Source of the DNA: Candidatus Saccharimonadota bacterium
GTDB taxonomy: Bacteria; Patescibacteriota; Saccharimonadia; Saccharimonadales; UBA10212
Direction: 5' to 3'
Length of the DNA: 64,000 nucleotides
NCBI GenBank assembly: GCA_022841445.1
Contig: JALHRM010000004.1
Coordinates: 11,429 to 75,428 of the forward strand
Both the position numbers and the translations under genes were made by a program. The notes under the pieces are model-generated. The model saw only the letters and a program-made list of their open reading frames with translations, made no database searches and was not told where the DNA came from. Position 1 is the stretch's first letter. Each line of letters starts with the position of its first letter. Below are positions 55,665-62,505 of the stretch, in pieces.

Positions 55665-57146
55665 ATGGCTACAGTCGAACAGGCCTGCGTGTTACTTGAT
55701 GACCGATGGCGACCTATAGGTGTTGCAAACAGTCCTGCTCACCCTGACAGCTGGGGTAGTGAACGCACCTTGTATATTGGAGCACAACTAGCCATCGCCA
55801 GTAGCTTTAGGGAAGGTCTAGGGACTGAAGTAAGCCCAGCACACCCAGATGGTTTTGGGCATGAGACCGCTGGCTTAGTACATGCTCATTTGGCTACTGG
55901 CAACCCAGACCGGGCAATGGTGGAATTTGACCGCTACATAGCCAGTGTTTATCCAAGCGGGTTTTCTGGCCACTATGTGCTTGGTCCGCATAAGCGACTC
56001 GGCATGGAGACAAACTTTATAGACGCGTTTGTGCAGCGAGCGATCAAACTACCAAACGGCGAACGAGTATCGCCACTCGCCGCTCCACCGAACTGGGCGA
56101 TAGCCGCCGAGGCTATCGCTGGTCACCTCGAAGAAACAGGTGTAAACGCAAAAGATTGGGTAGCTGAACACTTTGATCTGTTATGCCGTAGTACGTTAGC
56201 ACTATATCGAGAACGTGGGCAGAGCGACGGAATGCTGGTTCAGTTACACCAAGATGAACTAACCCTCAGGGATGGCCGGCTGAGAGATTTGTCGGTAGCT
56301 ACTGCCAAGCAAGCAGGAGGAAAGCAAGGACCAGTTGGCCAGAATCTCGGCAGCATACGACAAGTCTTGTATGCTGACTCGGAAAACGCTGCCGACAAAG
56401 AGCGGTTATCTAAAGATCCCCGCCAAGGACGTCTTGGACGCAACATGAAGTATGCTCCAATGATAGATGTTGGCATAAATGCGCTTAATGTCGCTAATAA
56501 TCGAGCCTTACAAAGGCTTGCTGAGCGATATAAATTGGTTATCCCCGAATCACTTGCTGATCTAGCTACACGAAGCGAACTATCATGGGCAAAGATTTGC
56601 GAACACGATGTACGATATTATCGTTTGCCAAGTTCCCGAATTTTGGACTCTGACATATTGCCGGGATCCAGCGAGGACGGTACCGGTCGCCCGGTGCCAA
56701 TGGAGGGGTTACTGGCTATTGCCCGTGCTCGGCCATACCTTCAAAGTGCCCCAGCCCAAAGAAGGGTATATGAAACTTTGACTGCAGTTACTGAAGCATT
56801 TCCATTTGGTATACCAACTCACGCATATATTTCAAAAGCCGGTAGGTTGACTGCTCAAAATCAACACGACCAAGGCACTATTTCACCATCGCTCACACTA
56901 GAACTCGCTGCGTTATTAGCCCAATCAGAGCAAGCACGATTTCGCGAATTAGGTCACGAAATAGGCCGCAATACACTACGCTCGTTACAAAATGCCCCAG
57001 AAAATCATTTTCCCCGAACGCTTGATCCTAACAGCGGCGAATCAAATCAAGCCGGTCCTGTTACGAGACGAGTAAAAAGCCGCCGGCCAGACTGGATGCC
57101 AACCGCCGCAGCCATGGTAGCTACCGCTCGCGTGTTTGAGACATAA
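55665..57146 (+). CDS. divergent (alpha/alpha)6-barrel GH63-like protein, paralog of the downstream gene; activity uncertain
   Basis: 493 aa. Three weak collinear echoes of the downstream GH63-like protein: AHPDSWGSERTLYIGAQLAIA vs HQWLWDSCFVAIGL, SPLAAPPNWAIAAEAI vs GITQPPMLAEAIV, and the C-terminal DWMPTAAAMVATARVF vs FSWTAALILDWL. Similarity was judged by eye only. Confidence 0.4.
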   Translation: MATVEQACVLLDDRWRPIGVANSPAHPDSWGSERTLYIGAQLAIASSFREGLGTEVSPAHPDGFGHETAGLVHAHLATGNPDRAMVEFDRYIASVYPSGFSGHYVLGPHKRLGMETNFIDAFVQRAIKLPNGERVSPLAAPPNWAIAAEAIAGHLEETGVNAKDWVAEHFDLLCRSTLALYRERGQSDGMLVQLHQDELTLRDGRLRDLSVATAKQAGGKQGPVGQNLGSIRQVLYADSENAADKERLSKDPRQGRLGRNMKYAPMIDVGINALNVANNRALQRLAERYKLVIPESLADLATRSELSWAKICEHDVRYYRLPSSRILDSDILPGSSEDGTGRPVPMEGLLAIARARPYLQSAPAQRRVYETLTAVTEAFPFGIPTHAYISKAGRLTAQNQHDQGTISPSLTLELAALLAQSEQARFRELGHEIGRNTLRSLQNAPENHFPRTLDPNSGESNQAGPVTRRVKSRRPDWMPTAAAMVATARVFET

Positions 57147-57171
57147 TTTGCATCACGATAATAAGCGTAAC

Positions 57172-57180
57172 TGCTATACT
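57172..57180 (+). promoter_or_regulatory. extended -10 (TGCTATACT) 11 nt upstream of the GH63 gene
   Basis: TGCTATACT-ttttagcagtc-ATG(57192). Confidence 0.45.
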
Positions 57181-57191
57181 TTTTAGCAGTC

Positions 57192-58505
57192 ATGGATGAG
57201 ACTCTGCTAAAAAAATCTGTTATTGATGTTATAAATGCCAACGACCGCGGAACGCACACCGTACCGGCCGAAAAGCTCTATTCGCACCAGTGGCTATGGG
57301 ATAGCTGTTTCGTCGCTATCGGCCTGCGACACATGAACATTAAGCGCGCACAGCACGAGGTGCTACGCCTGCTTCATGGTCAGTGGGCTAACGGTATGGT
57401 GCCACACATGATATTCGCCAAGGGCGACCAGCACCGTCGTGACCGCGAACTATGGCGTAGTTACGTTAGCCCGTTCGCTCCTGATCACCTCTATACCTCA
57501 GGCATTACCCAGCCGCCAATGCTGGCCGAAGCCATTGTAAGAATTGGTGAAAAAATGAATCTCGCCGATCGTCGCAACTGGTATCAGACCGTGTACCCTG
57601 GACTGCTTCACTATCATCAATGGATGTACAGTGACCGTGACCCGCACAATGAAAGTCTGGTTTTGTCACTACACCCTTACGAAACCGGCTTTGACAATAC
57701 ACCACCGTGGATTGTTAGCATGCGTGAACACAGTATGCCGTTTTGGATCACCGCTCTTGAAAAACTTAAATTAGAATCAGTCGTGACGTTGCTGCGCCGT
57801 GACACACGCTATATTCCGCCAGGCCAGCGTATCAGCACCATTGAAGCCCTCGCCTTTTTTTCGGCGCTGCGCCGTCTTAGACGTAAAGCTTATAATACTG
57901 AAAGAATCCTGTCTCGGTCGTTATTTGCTATAGAAGATCTGGCTGTTAATTGTATAGCCATACGCGCTAACCAGCATTTGCAAGATATCGCCAAAACTAT
58001 TCGGCGAAAATTGCCGGATGAGCTGACACAAGACATTGCCCGAAGTCATGATGCGCTGGATGAGCTCTGGGACGCCAGTAGCGGGCAGTATTACTCACGC
58101 AATTTTGTGACGCATAAACTGATTTTAGAACCAACAGTTGCCACGCTTTTGCCGCTCTACAGCGGAGCCATTACGAAAGAACGAGCCAAACAACTGGTCG
58201 ATTTATTGCACAGCAAACAACATTTCGCCGCCAAATACCCAGCACCAAGCGTCCCGCTTAATTCGACTTATTTTGATCCGCTGCGTTACTGGCAAGGGCC
58301 ATCCTGGATCAATATCAACTGGTTAGTTGCAGACGGACTAACCCGCTATGGGTATAGCAAAGAAGCATTAATGCTTCGGCAAAAGTCGCTTGAACTAGTC
58401 GCTGCACACGGACCGTACGAGTATTTTAGTCCGCTCGATGGAACACCTGCCGGAGCCCGCGGCTTTAGCTGGACGGCGGCTCTCATACTTGACTGGCTGA
58501 GCTAA
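57192..58505 (+). CDS. GH63-family glucosylglycerate/mannosylglycerate hydrolase-like glycosidase
   Basis: 437 aa. The blocks LYSHQWLWDSCFVAIGL, QWANGMVPHMIF, SGITQPPMLA, HPYETGFDNTPPW, YWQGPSWININWL, YEYFSPLDGTPAG and FSWTAALILDWL match my recollection of bacterial GH63 MGH/GgH enzymes. Confidence 0.7.
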   Translation: MDETLLKKSVIDVINANDRGTHTVPAEKLYSHQWLWDSCFVAIGLRHMNIKRAQHEVLRLLHGQWANGMVPHMIFAKGDQHRRDRELWRSYVSPFAPDHLYTSGITQPPMLAEAIVRIGEKMNLADRRNWYQTVYPGLLHYHQWMYSDRDPHNESLVLSLHPYETGFDNTPPWIVSMREHSMPFWITALEKLKLESVVTLLRRDTRYIPPGQRISTIEALAFFSALRRLRRKAYNTERILSRSLFAIEDLAVNCIAIRANQHLQDIAKTIRRKLPDELTQDIARSHDALDELWDASSGQYYSRNFVTHKLILEPTVATLLPLYSGAITKERAKQLVDLLHSKQHFAAKYPAPSVPLNSTYFDPLRYWQGPSWININWLVADGLTRYGYSKEALMLRQKSLELVAAHGPYEYFSPLDGTPAGARGFSWTAALILDWLS

Positions 58506-59116
58506 GAGTTTTTTCGCATACTGGTTAACTTAGCAACCACGGCTGAGACAATGTCGCTCAGTTTGGTTTCGGAGCTTACCGTCATATCAAAATTACGGTC
58601 TTGGCCAAATTCTTTCCAATCATTCCACCATGAATCAAGATTTTCCAGGTAGTTGTCTTTTGCGCGTTGATCTTTGTCTGGATTATCGCGAATTCGTCGA
58701 CGCAGCATATCGAATGGAATATCAAAGCGTATGAGCATGATCTCGTAGCCATATTTTATTGCAAGATCTTCATAAAAGGCATACTGCCTGTCTACCGAGG
58801 CATCGACGATTACCAAGCCGTTGCTAGCAGTCTGCAGTCTCTCAAAAATACGCCTGACAACTTCTTTAACGACAGCTTCTCTTTCTTCTGATTCTAGGTT
58901 CGGCCAGCGATTCTGCAGTAGTTCACGCTGATCGTCGCTAGAAATTCGAACACCCAATAGCGATTTTTCAATTTTTTCCGAAGTTAGGGTTTTGCCACTG
59001 CCCGGTACACCACTCATCAGCACCAGACATTTGCGATGTGGCTCAGTAATAAATCGCAGCTGGGGCATGTATTCCTGTAACAACCATTGAATTTTCTCTT
59101 CTGATCCTTCCAGCAT
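58502..59116 (-). CDS. P-loop NTPase/kinase (AAA_33 / zeta-toxin-like fold), function unknown
   Basis: 204 aa. Walker A MSGVPGSGKT and Walker B-like LVIVDAS. Small kinase-size protein located 2 nt downstream of rmuC. Confidence 0.6.
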   Translation of the reverse strand: MLEGSEEKIQWLLQEYMPQLRFITEPHRKCLVLMSGVPGSGKTLTSEKIEKSLLGVRISSDDQRELLQNRWPNLESEEREAVVKEVVRRIFERLQTASNGLVIVDASVDRQYAFYEDLAIKYGYEIMLIRFDIPFDMLRRRIRDNPDKDQRAKDNYLENLDSWWNDWKEFGQDRNFDMTVSSETKLSDIVSAVVAKLTSMRKNS

Positions 59117-59118
59117 AC

Positions 59119-60321
59119 TTACTCCAGCAAGGCTGCCTGTTCAGCTCGCTCAACGGTTTTGTCGGCCAGATTTTGCACTTTGCCAAGTTTACGCTCTATT
59201 GTGCGCGACTTGGTCGAAGCTCTATCAAGCTCATTCGTAACACCGATAAGTTTGTCACGCGTTTTTTCCAGCAGGCCACCGAAAGTACCAAATTCTTTTT
59301 TAACGTCGGTCAGTAGCTCCCAAACCGCTCCTGTTTGCTTGGCAATCGCCAGACTACGAAAGCCCATTTGAAGCGCATTGAGCATGGCTGTAACCGTACT
59401 AGGGCCTACAATTGCTACTCGGTAATCCCTTTGGATTTGCTGCATCAGTTCGGCTTTTTGCATGACTTCGGCATATATCCCTTCGGTTGGTAAGTATAGG
59501 TAAGCAAATTCAAGCGTCTTGGGCGGATCAATATATTTTTCGCGAATTTTTTTCGCCTCACGCTTAATGGTTGATTCTAAGTCCTTATGTGCAACTGCAA
59601 GCAACTGGAGGTCGGCCTTTTCCTGGGCGGTGACCAGACGTTGGTAATCCTCAATGGGGAACTTAGCATCAATCGGCAGCAGCACAAATTGATCATCACT
59701 TTCTTTGCTGGGAATTTTTATTGCAAACTCAACCCTTTCCGAACTGCCGGTTTTTATGGCAACGTTTGTAGTGTACTGTTCGGGTGATAACACTTGTTCC
59801 AAAATGGCTCCAAGCTGCACTTCGCCCCAAGTACCACGAGTTTTAACGTTGGTTAATACGCGCTTAAAATCACTAACGTTACTGGCCAGTTCTTGCATTT
59901 CGCCCAATCCTTTATGAACCTGCTCAAGCCGCTCATCTACACGCTTAAAACTCTCGCCGAGACGCTTTTCCAGCGTAGCCTGTAATTTTTCATCAACAGT
60001 CGCCCGCATGCGTTCTAGTTTTTCGGCATTATCTTTTTGCAGCAACTCAAGTTTCGTTTCGACAGTTTTTCTGATCTGTTCTAGCTTTTGGTCATTCTTG
60101 TCACGCAAATCTTCAAGTCGCTTTTCTAGGCTGTCGCGCGACTGAGTGATGCCGCTGTTTAGTTCTTGACGCAGATCTTTTTGGGCCTGCGCGTTTTCCT
60201 GGCGGCTTTTGCCGAATTCGTCGCGAACTGTTTTGTCGCTATCACTAGAAGTTTTTCTGGCCACTAAAAATACCAGCATGAGTGCGTTCAATGCGCCCAA
60301 AATAACCAATAGCGTTGCCAT
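59119..60321 (-). CDS. rmuC: DNA recombination protein RmuC
   Basis: 400 aa. N-terminal TM helix, a long coiled coil, and the C-terminal RmuC nuclease-like domain (VEFAIKIP, LPIDAKFP, YLYLPTEGIYAE, VAIVGPST). Confidence 0.88.
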   Translation of the reverse strand: MATLLVILGALNALMLVFLVARKTSSDSDKTVRDEFGKSRQENAQAQKDLRQELNSGITQSRDSLEKRLEDLRDKNDQKLEQIRKTVETKLELLQKDNAEKLERMRATVDEKLQATLEKRLGESFKRVDERLEQVHKGLGEMQELASNVSDFKRVLTNVKTRGTWGEVQLGAILEQVLSPEQYTTNVAIKTGSSERVEFAIKIPSKESDDQFVLLPIDAKFPIEDYQRLVTAQEKADLQLLAVAHKDLESTIKREAKKIREKYIDPPKTLEFAYLYLPTEGIYAEVMQKAELMQQIQRDYRVAIVGPSTVTAMLNALQMGFRSLAIAKQTGAVWELLTDVKKEFGTFGGLLEKTRDKLIGVTNELDRASTKSRTIERKLGKVQNLADKTVERAEQAALLE

Positions 60322-60329
60322 ATGCTCTA

Positions 60330-60335
60330 ATTATA
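60330..60335 (-). promoter_or_regulatory. consensus -10 TATAAT 8 nt upstream of rmuC ATG
   Basis: The minus strand reads TATAAT-tagagcat-ATG(60321). Confidence 0.45.
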
Positions 60336-60366
60336 CGCGAATGAACCAGGAACTCATTTTCAGAAC

Positions 60367-61194
60367 CTACTCGTGGGACTCGCCTTCTGCGGGTTCGTGC
60401 TCGGCCGATTCATTATGAGAATACGATTCAGGAAGATAGTTGTGTGACAACTGTACGGCGAAGGCCACGACGCCAACCCCGAGTATGAGCAATAGCGCTG
60501 ATCCGTCGACAAGCCGGCGTTTCATATCTAGATGTTCATGGATAGTCGGGATGACATCACTAAGTGCAATGTACAGTAAAAACCCAGCGCTAATTCCAAG
60601 CAGCGCACCAATCGGTAGACGCTCATCGGAACCTATAGCAAATGTGATAAGCGCGGCAACTGTTGTTGCTAACGCACTGCCGATGTTAACCAGCAAAACG
60701 TGGAGGCGACGCATACCCCTACTCAGCAGTAATCCGAAATCACCTATTTCCTGGGGGATTTCGTGAGCTGCGATAGCGATTGTCGTAACGATACCGGTGG
60801 GAACATTGATTAAGAACGCCGTTGCTATCGCTACTCCATCAAGCGCATTGTGCAGTGTATCACCAACAATAATTAAGCCATTCTGGCGACCACTTACTAT
60901 TTTTTTGTCATGCTCATGATGGTGATGAAACCAGCTCAAAAAACGCTCCATGAAAAAAAAGCCGATAATGCCGATGAGGGCAAACGTAAGAACGGTCTGC
61001 GGACTACTCGCTTCTATGCCTTCTGGTAACAAGTCAAGGAACACTGCAGCGAGCAAAGCTCCAGCTGCAAATGGTGTGGCGATCTTAAGCAGCACCGCCG
61101 CCAATGGTTTGCGGCTAATAAGCAATATGCCACCGATAAGTGAAATTACACCGCCGATAAGGGAAAATATCAGTACATCAAAATAGGTTGCCAT
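60367..61194 (-). CDS. ZIP-family divalent metal transporter (ZupT-like)
   Basis: 275 aa polytopic protein. His-rich loop (WFHHHHEHD) and the ZIP signature AIAAHEIPQEIGDFGLL. Confidence 0.9.
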   Translation of the reverse strand: MATYFDVLIFSLIGGVISLIGGILLISRKPLAAVLLKIATPFAAGALLAAVFLDLLPEGIEASSPQTVLTFALIGIIGFFFMERFLSWFHHHHEHDKKIVSGRQNGLIIVGDTLHNALDGVAIATAFLINVPTGIVTTIAIAAHEIPQEIGDFGLLLSRGMRRLHVLLVNIGSALATTVAALITFAIGSDERLPIGALLGISAGFLLYIALSDVIPTIHEHLDMKRRLVDGSALLLILGVGVVAFAVQLSHNYLPESYSHNESAEHEPAEGESHE

Positions 61195-61226
61195 AATGCA
61201 ACAAGCTTAGTGTTTCATGAACAATC

Positions 61227-61243
61227 TTGCAAATTAGTTGCAA
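61227..61243. promoter_or_regulatory. two palindromic TTGCAA hexamers spaced 5 nt apart, upstream of the ZIP transporter (candidate metalloregulator operator)
   Basis: TTGCAA-attag-TTGCAA lies 33-49 nt upstream of ATG 61194. A further TTGCA lies right before the start codon. Confidence 0.3.
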
Positions 61244-61297
61244 TTAATGCTTCACGTAAAGGGGTGCTGCTCTTTTTCTGCAACTATACCGAAGCGT

Positions 61298-62098
61298 CTA
61301 CTCCGCTATGGGCAGCACCAATTTCAAATCTTCACGGGCGGCAGCCATCATTTCTTTAAATGTAGTTGTTGCTTCTTTGAGTGATGTCTTGCGTACTTCC
61401 TGGGCTGATTGGATAACCCCTTTTAACGTATTTGCCCCTTTGTTGTTTTTATATATTTCACGGGCAGTTTTTATCTCGCTTTTCATGGTTTCGATTGCCT
61501 GCTTCCCCTGAGTCGGACAATTTGCTATAGCTTTTTCAACCGCAGCCTGTATGGCGCTCCTTAAAACCATTGCATCCGCCTGGCGGTTTGCTTTAAATTC
61601 GCTAATCGAGGCGGTAGTTGCATCTTTGAATACTTGGTTGGCGGTATCAATACTGGTTCGGCGAAGTTCGATAGCAGCTGACACAGCCTCAACATACGCT
61701 TCAACGGCGGCCTTTTGCTCGTCAGTACTTGCCTTTTCGCGCAATTTAGCAAAGTTATCTTGACGCTTTTTGTCCCATTCACCCCTTTTGTCGGTGAGTT
61801 TCTGGTTCTGTTGCTCCTGCCTCTCAACACGCTTTTCATTACGGGTCGTAGCGCTTTGATCAATCTTTGTCCGCTTTTCGTCGACTTGACCACTTAGCCT
61901 GGTTGATAAGCCAGTTATATTAGCACAAGCAGCTTGTGAATTTTGAGCAGTCACTTGTTTCGACGATTTGTCAGTAACAGGTTTTTGGGGGTTATTGCGC
62001 AGCTGCTCGCCTTGAGCAAAAGCAGCACTGGGTACTACCAAAGAAACAAACGCTAAACCCATGAATATAAAAACAAATGGTCTATAAATTACTTTCAT
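61298..62098 (-). CDS. secreted all-helical K/E/Q/A-rich protein, function unknown
   Basis: Signal peptide MKVIYRPFVFIFMGLAFVSLVVPSAAFA|QG followed by ~235 aa of helical low-complexity sequence with two Cys. ATG 62098 has GGGGG 9 nt upstream; the ORF track starts at 62107. It overlaps the 3' end of the pilin-like gene. Confidence 0.55.
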   Translation of the reverse strand: MKVIYRPFVFIFMGLAFVSLVVPSAAFAQGEQLRNNPQKPVTDKSSKQVTAQNSQAACANITGLSTRLSGQVDEKRTKIDQSATTRNEKRVERQEQQNQKLTDKRGEWDKKRQDNFAKLREKASTDEQKAAVEAYVEAVSAAIELRRTSIDTANQVFKDATTASISEFKANRQADAMVLRSAIQAAVEKAIANCPTQGKQAIETMKSEIKTAREIYKNNKGANTLKGVIQSAQEVRKTSLKEATTTFKEMMAAAREDLKLVLPIAE

Positions 62099-62411
62099 TG
62101 ACTGCATCCCCCATTGACTCCATAGCTCCTACCTCTGCCAAAGCATCGTTATAACTGTCTTTTTCTAGTTCTGCGGTGATAGATTCATCATCAGCTGCAG
62201 CCGCAGTAGCGACTGCTTCTACACCCTCGATTGTACCGACATCCTGGCTGGATAAGCTTGAATTGCCAGTCGAATTTTGATCGCTCGCAGAGCTACTTCC
62301 GCCACTATTCTGATGCATGACGTAGAACCCAAGTCCAGCCAGTAGGGCGACTATGACAATAATGAGCAGCCCTTCTACGACCGAAAATCCGTTCTGATTC
62401 GTTGTTCTCAT
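62082..62411 (-). CDS. prepilin-type N-terminal cleavage/methylation domain protein (small pilin-like)
   Basis: 109 aa. Class III signal MRTTNQNG|FSVVEGLLIIVIVALLAGL (Gly-1, Phe+1, Glu+5), followed by an S/G/D/E-rich tail without cysteines. GAAGGA SD. Confidence 0.7.
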   Translation of the reverse strand: MRTTNQNGFSVVEGLLIIVIVALLAGLGFYVMHQNSGGSSSASDQNSTGNSSLSSQDVGTIEGVEAVATAAAADDESITAELEKDSYNDALAEVGAMESMGDAVNESNL

Positions 62412-62491
62412 TTTGTTATGTCCTTCATGTTACTTACGCTTTTTATTTTCTTATAATACGATTGATCTTCCCTGTTTTCAACTTGAGCTCG

Positions 62492-62497
62492 TATACT
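62492..62497 (+). promoter_or_regulatory. -10 TATACT 8 nt upstream of rarA ATG
   Basis: TATACT-gaaagaac-ATG(62506). A second TATAAT at 62452-62457 is an alternative promoter with a ~42-nt leader. Confidence 0.4.
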
Positions 62498-62505
62498 GAA
62501 AGAAC

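Noticed and set aside
55665-58505. Possible horizontally transferred island (GH63 pair) based on composition
   Set aside because: Spot counts of a few 60-nt lines gave GC values only slightly above neighbouring housekeeping genes (about 53% vs 50%). There are no flanking repeats, tRNA or integrase. The evidence is insufficient without a proper compositional analysis.
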